Shown piece by piece: positions 18,882-29,800 of a stretch of DNA of 64,000 bases. The stretch's first letter is position 1. The number at the start of each line of letters is the position of its first letter. Both the position numbers and the translations under genes were made by a program. This DNA is from Candidatus Latescibacterota bacterium (GTDB taxonomy: Bacteria; Latescibacterota; UBA2968; UBA8231). The stretch is from assembly GCA_965223905.1 (NCBI GenBank), contig CBDCXV010000011.1, positions 1,440,001 to 1,504,000 of the forward strand, given 5' to 3'. The notes under the pieces were generated by a model. That model saw nothing but the letters and a program-made list of their open reading frames with translations. It ran no database searches and was not told the DNA's origin.

Positions 18882-20194
18882 ATCCGCCCCTCTTCGGGCA
18901 CGGTGCGGCCGCCGTCCCAGAAGGATGCGGGCACGGTTCCGGTCGGCCAGTACGGCCCTCCGGCGTATTCGTCCCACCGGTTGCCGCACAGGGAGCTGAT
19001 GACCGTCCATTCCGCGGCGCCGAAGTCCGGCTCCGGGTGGTAGAGGAAGCGCTGCAGCCCCGCCTGCTGCGAGGCGGTGAGGATTCCGTGCAGGTCGCGC
19101 GCCTGCATCTGGTCGCCGCCGTGGGGCCCGCGGCCGGTGGAGACCCAGGCGATCACCTTGTCCGGGTCGCCGATGGCGTCGAGGGCGCGCCGCGTCTCGC
19201 TGTAGACCACCTTGCTGAAGAACTCGTCGGGAAAGCCCATCTCCATGTCCATCGTTGAGTTGACCCCGGGAAGCTCGATCCCGAGAAGGGCCTTGACCGC
19301 GGCGAAACAGTCCGCCTCGGTCAGCGACGGATTCCAGTTTCCCAGGCGCCTCACCCACCGCGCTATCGTTCCGTACATCCCGTCCATGCCGCGGTGCCAG
19401 AAGTAGTGCTTGGGAAAGATGTAGTCGAAGTACTCCGCCATCTGGTGGTAGTTCTGCCCGGTCAGTGACGACCAGGTCGCCGCCCGCGGAATCCCCCCGA
19501 GCTCGACCCTGCGATCGACGCCGTCGACCTGTTCCCGCATGTAGCGCCAGTCGGCGCGGGAGCGCTCCTGGCGCTGGCGCAGCCAGTAGAGGACATCCTC
19601 GTTGACGTCGAACAGGATCAGCGAGGCCAGCATGCCCCCGGCGGCGTGGTAGCGCACCATCTCCGGGCTGAGGTTGTGCAGGCGTTCGCGCAGATGGGCG
19701 ATGCCGCGGCGGATGCGATCGACCTCGGCGCCGATCTGCGAGAAGCGCTCGTCCTCGCCGGGGCGCAGCTCGAGCAGCTCGCCGCCGTGATGGAAGGCGA
19801 GCTCGTAGTGGTTCTCCCCCGGGCCGTCGGAGATCACTCCGTGCACCTGCGGAAAGGCGTTCATCAGGTCCTGCACGTGCACGGTGGGCCCGATTCCGCT
19901 GAAAATGAGGATGCGCCAGCCGCGCTCCGCGGCGTTGTCGAGCATCGCCTGCAGCTTCTTCTCCTTTTCGAGATCGCGCGGGCGCGGTTCGGGAGGCTCG
20001 GCTCCGAACGCCTCGTACAGCTTGCGGTCCGGTGCCCAGGCGGGAATCTTGGTGCCGTCCTCCTGGAGAAACTCCATGCGGCCGACGGCGAGGCCGCGCA
20101 CCCCGCCCTCCTCCCAGGCGTCGAAGCGCTCCTCGAAACCGTCGAGCCAGTGCTCGTGCGGACTGTCGCTGCAGGTGAACACCCAGAGTTTCAT
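18878..20194 (-). CDS. Hypothetical protein
   Basis: 438-aa ORF, host-like codon bias, RBS AGGAGGAG, ATGA overlap with the downstream gene. Confidence 0.75.
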   Translation of the reverse strand: MKLWVFTCSDSPHEHWLDGFEERFDAWEEGGVRGLAVGRMEFLQEDGTKIPAWAPDRKLYEAFGAEPPEPRPRDLEKEKKLQAMLDNAAERGWRILIFSGIGPTVHVQDLMNAFPQVHGVISDGPGENHYELAFHHGGELLELRPGEDERFSQIGAEVDRIRRGIAHLRERLHNLSPEMVRYHAAGGMLASLILFDVNEDVLYWLRQRQERSRADWRYMREQVDGVDRRVELGGIPRAATWSSLTGQNYHQMAEYFDYIFPKHYFWHRGMDGMYGTIARWVRRLGNWNPSLTEADCFAAVKALLGIELPGVNSTMDMEMGFPDEFFSKVVYSETRRALDAIGDPDKVIAWVSTGRGPHGGDQMQARDLHGILTASQQAGLQRFLYHPEPDFGAAEWTVISSLCGNRWDEYAGGPYWPTGTVPASFWDGGRTVPEEGRI

Positions 20195-20556
20195 CGTCTC
20201 CTCCTGTATCCTCTCCGGTTGAGCGGCGCCGCCGCGGGGCGTAGAGTAGGTGGAGGAACCTCGGCGATGTCAAGCCGCGGCCAGGGGACCTGCGGAGGCG
20301 TATGGCTGCCTGGGAAAGTGCGGGAAAATCCCTTCCGTCCCGACCCGGCAACCTGAGAAAACGCGGCCGACCGCCTCACGACGAAAGCGAAGGAAACCGA
20401 AGAGGAAATGGGCGCCTGGACGACCATCGATCTGCCAACCTGTTCGAGTACCGGATTCGGGCTTCGTCCTGCCAAAGCCGCCGGTCCCGGCGTTGCCCTC
20501 GCTCAACCCATCTCCCCTCGACGAGCTGCTGGCCGCGAGCCGGATTTTCCACCGCG

Positions 20557-21963
20557 ATGACTCCGACTCGCCGCCCACAAGCCGGATATCCTGACGGGCT
20601 CCTGGCGGGGTACGGTCTTCCCTACTGGCTCGACTTCGAGCGCCCGTCCTATCCCTCCCTCGAAGAGCGGGTGCAGGTCGACGCCGCAGTCATCGGCGCC
20701 GGCATCGCCGGCTTGAAGATCGCCGACTGCCTCAGCGGCCGCGGCCTCTCCTGCGCCGTCCTCGACGCCGGGAGAGTGGGGGAAGGGGCCTCTTCCCGAA
20801 ACCAGGGGTGCATCGTCACCGGCCTCGGCATGCCCTACTCCGAACTGGTTCAAAAGGCCGGCCGGGAAATGGCGCGCGCGCTGGTGGCCCTCAGCTATTT
20901 CAACCAGGATCTGCTGGTCGATCAGATGGAGCGCCACGCCATCCGCTGCGACTACGAGGTTCTCGGCGAGACCGGACTGGTCCGCGGCGACCAGCCCGAT
21001 GCCGGGCCGGTGCTGGAATCGCTCCGCGGCGACGTGCAGCTGCTGCGGGAAGACGGCTTCGCCGCCGAGCACCTCGATGCCGGGGAGGCGCTCGCCGCGA
21101 CCGGCTCCCCGCTGTTCGCCGGCGGCATCAAGTTCCCCCGGGACGCCCAGTTCCACTCCGGCCGCTTCGTTGCCGGCCTCGGGGCGGCCGTCTCCTGTTT
21201 AAGCGGCGTTCGCCTTTTCGAGGGCTCCCCGGTGCTGTCGCTCAAGGACCGCGGCGGCGACCACCTCGTGCGCACTCCGCGCGGGGAGGTCCGATCCCGC
21301 CACCTCTTCGTGGCGGCCAACGCCCTCGCCCCCCAGCTGCTGCCGGAGCTGACGTGCAGTCTGCGGGCGGAACGGGGCCAGGTGCTGGTCACCGAGCCGC
21401 TGGCGGCCAGGCCCTGCCGCGGCTGTTTCGGCGGCGGGCTGGCCTGGTGGCGGGACATCCGCGAAGCGGACGGCCGCTACCGGCTGCTCTTCGGGGGGGC
21501 GCGGCGGCGGGACGAGCCGGACAGCCTGTTCAGGCAGTACGGGACCGACGGCAGGCGGAACTCCCGCCTCGGGAACGGTTTCCTGCCGACGGTCGCCCAC
21601 CAGCGCCGTCTGCATGCGCGGCTCGCCGAGGTCTTTCCCCACCTGGCCGGTGCCGGCATCACCCATCGCTGGGGGGGCCTGCAGTCGTTCACCTGCGACG
21701 GGCTCCCCCTGATCGGCGCTCTCGATCCGGAAAGGCGCGTTTACGGCATGGCCGGCTTCTCGGGGATGGGGAACTCCTACTCCAATGTCGGCGCCGCCGG
21801 GGTGACCGGGGAGGTCGAGCGGCGCTTCGGCCCCGCGGTCGAGATGCTCCTGGCCCCGCACCGGGAAGGGGCGCGCTGGCCCGGACCGGACCCGACGCTG
21901 GCGCGCTCGGCAACAGGCGGGGTCTTTCGCCCCGGCCTGACCTCCCATAGTGCCTCCGCCTGA
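20557..21963 (+). CDS. FAD-dependent oxidoreductase (DAO/PuuB-like)
   Basis: VIGAGIAG, GASSRNQG, DGLPLIG, GFSGMG. Confidence 0.85.
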   Translation: MTPTRRPQAGYPDGLLAGYGLPYWLDFERPSYPSLEERVQVDAAVIGAGIAGLKIADCLSGRGLSCAVLDAGRVGEGASSRNQGCIVTGLGMPYSELVQKAGREMARALVALSYFNQDLLVDQMERHAIRCDYEVLGETGLVRGDQPDAGPVLESLRGDVQLLREDGFAAEHLDAGEALAATGSPLFAGGIKFPRDAQFHSGRFVAGLGAAVSCLSGVRLFEGSPVLSLKDRGGDHLVRTPRGEVRSRHLFVAANALAPQLLPELTCSLRAERGQVLVTEPLAARPCRGCFGGGLAWWRDIREADGRYRLLFGGARRRDEPDSLFRQYGTDGRRNSRLGNGFLPTVAHQRRLHARLAEVFPHLAGAGITHRWGGLQSFTCDGLPLIGALDPERRVYGMAGFSGMGNSYSNVGAAGVTGEVERRFGPAVEMLLAPHREGARWPGPDPTLARSATGGVFRPGLTSHSASA

Positions 21964-22066
21964 TCCCCTGGAGGTCCCACTCGAACCGCGGCCGGCGCCT
22001 GGCTTCCCGCCTTCGACGAACCCGGAAGCTGAGTCGGCAGCACCCGTATCCAAACAAGAGGCCATC

Positions 22067-23539
22067 ATGCCGAACTCGTACGACACGGAACAAGAGACCG
22101 GGGAGAATGCCCCGGCGGACAACGCCGGCCGCCTCACCGACGAGCAGGTACAGCAGTTCATCGCCGACGGGTACCTGACCGTTCACGCCGACTACCCTGC
22201 CTCGTTTCACGAGGGGATTTGCCGGAATCTCGATTCGGTGCTGGAAAGGGAGGGGAACCCGGGGAACAACATCCTGCCGCACATTCCCGAGATCGGGCAG
22301 GTCTTCCGGCACCCCGCGGTCGCCGGGGCCCTGACCAGCCTCCTCGGTCCGGGGTACATCCTCAATCCGCACCGGCATTGCCACCTCAACCCGCCCGGAA
22401 GCAGCGGCCAGTCCTGGCACAAGGACTGCTACGTCTTCGACCACAACCTGCGCCACCCGCGCTTCTCCTGGGTGCTCGCCTTCTACTACCCGCAGGAGAC
22501 GACAGCGGAGATGGGCCCCTCGGGGCTCCTGCCGGGGACGCAGTTCCAGCGCACGATCAGCGATCCCGACCCCGCGGCCACGAGGGAACGGGAGGCGGGG
22601 ATCTGCGGTCCGGCAGGCACGGTGGGGCTCATCCATTTCGACTCCTGGCACCGGGCCCTACGCAACGCCAGCGGCCGCGGCCGTTACATGCTCAAGTTCC
22701 AGTTCGCGCGTCTGCGCGAGCCGGCCGCCCCCACCTGGAACCACCGGAATCCCGCCTGGGCCCCGGGTAGCGGCAACCCCAATCCGCGCGTTTCCCGCGA
22801 TGTCTGGGACTGGATGAGAGGAAGCAGTGCGAATGGAGCCGGCCGCCCGGCTCCCGGGACCTCCGCGGAGGGGGATTCCGAGGCCGCGCTTCTCGAAGCG
22901 GCGTACCAACTCGCGGCCGTCGGCGAGGCCGCGGTCCCCGAACTGACCGCGGCGATGCGGGAGCAGACCCTGGCCTCCCTCGAGGAGACGACGGCGAAAA
23001 CCCCCGACAACGCGCACGGGACCAACCCGACCCCCGGCCCCGCGGCAACCGCCCTGACCTCGGCCGGTGGCGCCGCGGTTCCCGCCCTGATCGACACCCT
23101 GGGAGACCCCCACTGGTGGGTGCGAGCCGTCGCCGCCGGAATCTTCGCCCGCATGGGCGGCGAGGCCGCGGAGGCGGTGCCGGCCCTGACTGCGGCGCTG
23201 GGGGACGATCACTGGTGGGTGCGGAGAAACGCCGCCGAGGCGCTCGGGACCATCGGCCTGTACGGCGGCTGGCTCGTGGGGGAAATGAGAAGGTTGCTCG
23301 GCGACGGCGACTACCGCGTCCGCCGCAATGCGGCGCTGACCCTGGCGAAGATCGGCCCGGAGGCCGAGGCCGCGGTCCCCGACATCCTCCCGTTGCTGGG
23401 GGACGAAAACCGCTACAACCGCTTCTACGGGGGACTGGCCCTGCGGCGCATCGGCACCCCGAAAGCCGGCGAAGCGCTGCTCGACTCACTGTTCGAGTCG
23501 CGCTGGTGCCCGCTGACCACCAGGGACGACATGTACTGA
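22067..23539 (+). CDS. PhyH-family dioxygenase fused to HEAT repeats
   Basis: LTDEQVQQFIADGYL, QSWHKD, WHRA; C-terminal AVPAL...D..WWVR..AA repeats. Confidence 0.85.
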   Translation: MPNSYDTEQETGENAPADNAGRLTDEQVQQFIADGYLTVHADYPASFHEGICRNLDSVLEREGNPGNNILPHIPEIGQVFRHPAVAGALTSLLGPGYILNPHRHCHLNPPGSSGQSWHKDCYVFDHNLRHPRFSWVLAFYYPQETTAEMGPSGLLPGTQFQRTISDPDPAATREREAGICGPAGTVGLIHFDSWHRALRNASGRGRYMLKFQFARLREPAAPTWNHRNPAWAPGSGNPNPRVSRDVWDWMRGSSANGAGRPAPGTSAEGDSEAALLEAAYQLAAVGEAAVPELTAAMREQTLASLEETTAKTPDNAHGTNPTPGPAATALTSAGGAAVPALIDTLGDPHWWVRAVAAGIFARMGGEAAEAVPALTAALGDDHWWVRRNAAEALGTIGLYGGWLVGEMRRLLGDGDYRVRRNAALTLAKIGPEAEAAVPDILPLLGDENRYNRFYGGLALRRIGTPKAGEALLDSLFESRWCPLTTRDDMY

Positions 23540-23602
23540 CGTTCTTGCGAAAGGAAGGCCTTGGGCGCCGGCTCCCGCAACGGACATTCAGGAGGATCGA
23601 AA

Positions 23603-24451
23603 GTGAAGCACATCATCGTCACCGGTGCCAAAGGGGGCACCGGCTTCAGCATCGTCGGCGAGCTCAGGAAGGCGGGGTACGAAGTCACCGGGGTCGACAT
23701 GGCTTATCCGCGGCACGCCGACGGCGGCTACAAGAGGGCGGACGTCCTCGATGCGGCGAGCCTCAACGACCTGTTCGCCGGCGCCGACGCCGTGGTCCAT
23801 TTCGGCAGCCTGCCGACCGATCACTGGTCGTCCTGGAGCACCTGCTTCGAAAACGTGATGATGGGGGGCTTCAACGTGTTCCAGGCCTGCGCCAACACCG
23901 GGACAAGGCGCATCGCCTACGCCTCGAGCATGGAGGTGTACGGCGATCTCGCCCGGCAGCCGCACCTGCCCGTCACCGAGACCAGCGCTGCGGTGCCGCA
24001 TTCCATCTACGGATCGGCGAAGCTGCGCCTCGAGGAGCTCGCCTCCGACTACTGCCGCTGGCACGGCATGTCGATCGCCGGCTTCCGGCTCGGCCGCATC
24101 ATCTACGAGAACTCCTTCGAGTGGCGGCTCAAAGCCCAGACCGAGGCCGCCGAGCGCTGCGCCGAATGTCTCTGGTGCTACGTCGACGCCCGCGACGTCG
24201 CCGAGGCCTGCCGGCTCTGGCTCGAGTCCGACCTGCAGGGGTTCAGGGCCTACAACCTCGCTGCCGACGACGTCTGCATCGACCTCCCGGCCGCGGAGCT
24301 GCTGCGGGAGCATTTTCCCGGCATTCCGGTTCGGGGAGAGCTCGGCGAGTTCCAGTGCCCGTACGTGTCGGACTCCCTGAAGCGGGAGCTGGGGTGGCGG
24401 GCCAGGTACGGCTGGCGCGAACTGCGCGCGGAGTGGGAGGCCGGCCGCTGA
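23603..24451 (+). CDS. NAD-dependent epimerase/dehydratase (SDR)
   Basis: IIVTGAKGGTG, YASS, YGSAK. Confidence 0.88.
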   Translation: MKHIIVTGAKGGTGFSIVGELRKAGYEVTGVDMAYPRHADGGYKRADVLDAASLNDLFAGADAVVHFGSLPTDHWSSWSTCFENVMMGGFNVFQACANTGTRRIAYASSMEVYGDLARQPHLPVTETSAAVPHSIYGSAKLRLEELASDYCRWHGMSIAGFRLGRIIYENSFEWRLKAQTEAAERCAECLWCYVDARDVAEACRLWLESDLQGFRAYNLAADDVCIDLPAAELLREHFPGIPVRGELGEFQCPYVSDSLKRELGWRARYGWRELRAEWEAGR

Positions 24452-24463
24452 GCCTTCCCGAAA

Positions 24464-25333
24464 TCAGCCGGCCAGCCCCAACTCTTCCACCAGGCGGTGG
24501 AGCTCGCGCAGCGTCAGCTCGTCGGTAGGAGGTACAGGATGGCGAAGTCTGGAGCTCTTGAAGACCCCGCGCAGCCGCAGGACCTCCTTGTTGACGTGGG
24601 GGCCGTGGAGCCTGAACAGCGGCGTGTACCTGTTGAATTCCCGTTCCGACTCTTGCTCCCTGCCGGCGAGGAAGAGGTCGATGACGCGGCGAAACATGTC
24701 CGGTATGTGGCAGTGAGGCATGGTTCCGACCGATCCGCGGCGCATCTCCTCGATCAGGAAAGCGCCGCTCATGCCCCCGAGGACGATCAGGTCGTCGCCG
24801 GCCGCGGCCACGGTCTCGGCGATCCGCGGCGGGGTCGGGGACGTCTCCACCTTGGCGTAGCAGACGTTCTCCGATTCCCCGGCGATGCGGGCCATCAACG
24901 CCGGGGGAACGCCGGCGGCTCCTGCGTCCTGGATGAAGACCGGTAGCGTCACCGCTTCCCCGATGGCGCGGAAGTACTCCGCGACCGGGTCGCCGCCTCC
25001 GGCGGCGGCAGGGGGTATCGCCATTACCGCGTCCGCCCCCAGCTCCTCGGCGCGGCGGCTGTATTGGACCGCCACCCGGGTCGACTCCGCCCCGGAATTG
25101 ACGACGACCGGCACCCTTCCCGCGGCCTGCGCGACCACCGTCCGGGCCGCCAGGTCGCGCTCGGCTTCCGACAACTTGTTGACCTCGCTGCCGAAGGCGA
25201 TGCCGAGTCCGTCGACCCCGGCGTCGATGGCGAAATCCACCTCCCGCTGCAGGTCCTCGACGTCGATGTCGTCCCGCGCATCGAACGGCATCGCCAGAAT
25301 CGGAAACAGCCCCTTCATCGACCTGTCGACCAT
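24464..25333 (-). CDS. Dihydrodipicolinate synthase-family lyase
   Basis: GLFPILAMPF, GSEVNKLS, GRVPVV, Schiff-base Lys in YAKVE. Confidence 0.88.
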   Translation of the reverse strand: MVDRSMKGLFPILAMPFDARDDIDVEDLQREVDFAIDAGVDGLGIAFGSEVNKLSEAERDLAARTVVAQAAGRVPVVVNSGAESTRVAVQYSRRAEELGADAVMAIPPAAAGGGDPVAEYFRAIGEAVTLPVFIQDAGAAGVPPALMARIAGESENVCYAKVETSPTPPRIAETVAAAGDDLIVLGGMSGAFLIEEMRRGSVGTMPHCHIPDMFRRVIDLFLAGREQESEREFNRYTPLFRLHGPHVNKEVLRLRGVFKSSRLRHPVPPTDELTLRELHRLVEELGLAG

Positions 25334-25409
25334 CTATCGATCTCCTTGGTTCAGAGGGATCCTCGTACCCAACTGGGCAGATCCGACAAAAAGGCGCCGG
25401 CAGAGCGGA

Positions 25410-26606
25410 TCAGGCAAAGATCGCGCGGCAGGCGATGCCGCAGGGGTACCCCTCCTTCTGGATTCCGCCGAGGAACTGGGCCGTGCGGCCGGCTGGCGCC
25501 GTGCCCTCGTACCAGGCGCTGAAGGAGCCGTTGAAAGCCTGGATCCACTCCCGGTCGGCACTGGAATCCCCGCCGGCGACGACGTAGGCGTTGTTGAAGA
25601 TGCCGTCCTCCTTCAGGCCGTTGCCCCCTGCCTCCCTGACGCGTCCGTCGAGCGACCCCAGGAGGGCGCCGGCGTCGTCACCCCCGGCAGCGCTCAGCAG
25701 CACCTCGGTAAGGCCGCCGTACTTCAGCGCCGTCCAGGTGCTGAAGCCGTCCGCGATCTCCCCGGAGCGCACGATCTCCGCCTCGCCCGAAACCAGGCGC
25801 GGCTGGATCTCGACCTGCCCCTTCTCCAGGGGGATCCTCGATACCGGGTAGATCAGTCCGGCAGGCCGCGCGTCGCCGTAGTACTCCTCCACCAGCTTGC
25901 GGACGATCTCCACCCGCTCCCAGGCCTCTCCAGGGGCGTAGTCCGCGGCGACCATGATCTCGATCCACGCGGTCTGCTTCTTCATGTCGACGCCGGCCTC
26001 GGCGAACGGCTTCTCCAGCTGTTCCTCGAGGATGAAGGTCGCCTCCTCGGCGATGCCGCCCCCCAGGGTGTCGACCATTTCTCCGTTGGCCTCGTGCAGC
26101 ACCGTCTTGCCGCTCGGGTGGTGGTCGACCCAGTACCCGTGATCGATGTCGACGCTCCCCGAAAGCGACACCCCCGCTCCCTTGATCGCCTTGATCTGCA
26201 CCTCGAACAGCGCCGCCGGATCGGGGAACCCCTCCGGGTGGGTGTGGCGCGCCATGCGGTTGGAGCGCAGAGGGCCGCCCGTTACCGCCTCGATCATGGC
26301 CGCGTACACCTCGTTGAAGGCGTTCTTCTGCTCGTCGCAGGGGCCCCAGTCGCTCGACGGGGTCGTCCACAGCACGTCGGTCTTGTACACGTCCGACCAG
26401 TGCGCGCCGCAGACCTCGAGGCCGGCGTTGAGGTTCTCGATCGTCCCCAGCCACTGGCTGCCGACGTCGGCCGGGTACTGGGTGCCGACGTTTCCGCTCG
26501 GCTCGATCAGCCGGAAGACGTTCTCCCTGTCGTCCTTCAGGATGACCTCGGTCGGGTTGGAAAAGATGGCGATCGGGTTGTGGCGGATGATGCTTACCTG
26601 GGCCAT
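25410..26606 (-). CDS. Hypothetical protein with probable tandem Rid/YjgF-like domains
   Basis: Three segments with Rid-like pattern (ENLNAGLEVCGAHWSDVYK...FNEVYAA...LFEVQIKA; RPAGLIYPVSRIP..GQVEIQ; FNGSFSAWYEGTAPAGRTA). Confidence 0.55.
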   Translation of the reverse strand: MAQVSIIRHNPIAIFSNPTEVILKDDRENVFRLIEPSGNVGTQYPADVGSQWLGTIENLNAGLEVCGAHWSDVYKTDVLWTTPSSDWGPCDEQKNAFNEVYAAMIEAVTGGPLRSNRMARHTHPEGFPDPAALFEVQIKAIKGAGVSLSGSVDIDHGYWVDHHPSGKTVLHEANGEMVDTLGGGIAEEATFILEEQLEKPFAEAGVDMKKQTAWIEIMVAADYAPGEAWERVEIVRKLVEEYYGDARPAGLIYPVSRIPLEKGQVEIQPRLVSGEAEIVRSGEIADGFSTWTALKYGGLTEVLLSAAGGDDAGALLGSLDGRVREAGGNGLKEDGIFNNAYVVAGGDSSADREWIQAFNGSFSAWYEGTAPAGRTAQFLGGIQKEGYPCGIACRAIFA

Positions 26607-26869
26607 GGGTGCGGTCCTCTTCTGGTTAGGTCGGTTGGTGTTGAATCCGGGGGATACATCATCGGAGGCGGGGGTATATGGTGCAAGTAAGCAGGGGTCG
26701 GGGGAGACAGGGAATTTCCTTTCTTCTACGGGCTCGGGACCCCTTCCCAGGCTTGGGGAAGGTCAGAACGTCCCGGCGCCGCTCAATGTGGCTGATCCGG
26801 CTCGTCCTGATCCCGTGGACCACGAGAAGGTGGTTTCCCCGATCCATGGCCCGAGGAAGCACCGGGGTG

Positions 26870-29800
26870 CTAGTCCAGCAAACCGCTGAGCGCCGAAGCA
26901 GCTTCCCAGCCCGTGTCCGACTCCGCGAGCTGCTGGCGTTGTGTGCCTGTGAGCCACTCCGCCCGGCTCCCAGTGGGGTCGCGAGTTACCGCAAGGACAT
27001 GGTCGATCTGCTCGGCCACCGCGCGGACGTGAGAGATCACACCGACCATGCGCCCCCCGGCCGCGACGGTTCCCAGAGCCTGGACCGCAGAGTCGAGGTT
27101 GTTGCGGTCCAGCGAGCCGAATCCCTCGTCCAGGAACAGCGACTCCAGCCTTCCACCGCTGCGCGCCATCATCTCCACCATGCCGAGTGCGAGCGAGAGG
27201 GAGGCGATGAACTGCTCCCCTCCCGAGAGGCTTGCGGGGGAGCGGGCCTGCCCGGAATCCCGATCGAGGACGCGCCACTGCTCTTCGGTCTCGCCGGGGT
27301 CGACGAAGGCGTACCTGCCGGCGCTCATCTCATCGAGCATCCGGGACGCATGAACCAGCAGACCCCGTGATCTCCGCAGGGTCAGCCACTTCAGGAACGC
27401 GCCGGGTTTGAGGGCATCCTCGAGATCGCCGAGCGCCCGCTCCTTGCCTTCGACCTCCGCGAGAAGCGCTCGGAGATCTCGGACTTCGTCGATTATTGCA
27501 ACGAAGTTTTCCTCAGACTCCCTGGCGCGACGTTCTTCGAAGCGGGCGTCGTTCGCCCGGGTACCTGCGCTTTCCAGGACGGCATTGAGGTCGCGGACGT
27601 CGATCTCCGCGTCCAGCCGGTTTCCGAGTGCAGCCAGTTCCGTGCGTACGGCTTCTGCACGGCCCGCCGCGGCCCGTGCGGCCTCGTCCGCGGCCCGTAA
27701 TACCTCCGCTGCCATGGTTTGAAGCGCGGCGATTTGCTGCCCCTCCAGCGCGCCAGCGTCACGGACAGAAACCGCTGGGGGAACGTCTGCGTCGAGCGCC
27801 AGCCTGCTGATCGACTCGACCAGGACGTCGCGGTGGGAATTGAGGTCATGAACAATCTCTTCGAGCGATGCTTCGACTTCCTCGGCTCGCCGTCTCGCCA
27901 AGACCGATCGCACGTTACGAGCATCTGCAAGTCTCATCTCCAGGCGTTGTCGTTCGGATGCGCGTTCCGCCAACACCTGTTCACGCTCCTGAGCCGAGTT
28001 CGTCTGCGCGTCTACCGGGATTGTGTCCACCTCGTGCAGGTCCGCCGGGTCCCCGGGCAAGTCCAAGCTGGGCCGGTACGCAGGTGGCACGGTGCGGACC
28101 GCCTCCATCAACCGCTCCAGGGCATCGTCCGCCGCCGTACGGGCGTGTTCCACCAACGTATCGGCGTTGGCAGCCCCCGTACGGGCGACGGTGGCGGCTG
28201 TCTCCTGACGGGTAGTTTCCGAGCTCAGATCCCCGTAGACGCAATCGTGTTCCGCCAGCCGATCCGCTTCTTCGGTACAGGCGGCCTCGAAGGGAGCGAG
28301 CAGGGTGTCGCGCGGGGGTACGGGCGCTCGCACATCCTGATCGACATGCCGGGCGAGCTCATTGCGCGCCTCCGTGATATGCGATTCAGCGGCGGCAAGG
28401 CGACCTCCAGCATCGGCGACCTGACGCTCGATGCCTGTCCGTTCCGTGCGGATCCTAGTCAACGCCTGCTCTGCCAGTCGAGCAGCCTGGCTCGCGGCGT
28501 CGGCTATCTGCTCCGCCTCACTGAGCCGGGCTCCCTCGAGGGGCTCCCAGTCGGCGGGAAGGTCGCGGCGGCAGATCGGGCACTCGTCCCCCGGGTGCAG
28601 GCCGTGTGCGGCGGACGCCGCCGACTCCGACCGCCGCGCCAAGGTCAGATGCTCCTGGGCCTCGGCTGCCGCACGGGTGGCGCGTCGTTCATCCTCCTGC
28701 GCGATCTGCAGTTGTTCTGCCAGGACGGCGTCGGCTTGTCCGAGTTCGCCAAGCTGTCTCTGCCTCTCTTCCAGCTCAGCCGCCCGCTCCTCGTACCGCG
28801 AGTACCCCATGTCGACCGCCGTGCGGCGCCCCTGCGCTCTCTCGACACCTTCGGCGAGTGGACCTCTGTTTGCGGCGTGCCTTTCCGCCCTTTCCCCGGC
28901 GCTCTCGGCCTCCGCAGCCAGGCGCTGCGCTTCGGCATGCTCTCGTGAGGCCTCTTCGACTGCGGCGCGGAGTTCCCGGGAAGCGTTTTCGCTGTCCGCG
29001 ATCAGGCGGCCCATGCTCCTCAACGTCGTCAAGGCCGCCGCCACTTCCTCGCTCGTGGGACCGTCGTCTGACGGGATGCCCGCCAGCTCATCCTCCAAGT
29101 CCTCCTGCCGTTGCCTCAGGGCCGCTTCCTCTTCGCCGAGTTGCCTTTCAATCGCCGCAATCGGCGCCAGCCTTCCGGCGGCCCGCTCGGTATCCAAGGC
29201 GCGCAGCCGTTCGAGGACGCCGGAGGCCGTTTGCTGCATCTCTTCGGCGGCGAGCACGGTATCGAGCGCTGTAGTAGCCGCCCGTTCGTCCTCGGATGCA
29301 GCGGCGGCAAGGTCGCGGGCTTCGTCCAAGGCCTCCTGGAGTTGCTCCAGATGCGCTTCGGGATCTTCGGGATAGGCGGTGGCCGCCTGCTCCAACCGGA
29401 CCCGCAGCGTGACGGCTTCCTGGCGGGCTTCCCCTGCGAGCCCCCCTGCCTCTTCAAGCTCGTCGGTGGGCCAGACCTGACGCAGGATCCGGCTCCGGTC
29501 GCGCGGTTCGTCCTCGACCAGCAGGCGGGCGAAGCGACCCTGAGGCAGCACGACGGTACGGAGAAACGCGTCGCTGTCGAGCCCGAGCAGCTCCTTGACG
29601 CGCTCGTTGACCCGACGGACCTGCTCAACCTGCTCGACCGTCTCCCCGGCGGCGCCGAACCTGCGGAGCTGGGCGTTGGGTTGGCCTACCGCACGGTCGC
29701 CGGCACGGCGCAACGTGCGGACGACCTCCCATGTTTCGCCGGACACCTTGAACCGGAGCACGACCCTGAGATGTATCGAGGTGTCGTTCATCAGCTCCTG

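Noticed and set aside
26659-26862. 67-aa ORF downstream of sbcC as a toxin remnant
   Set aside because: No convincing motif or RBS.
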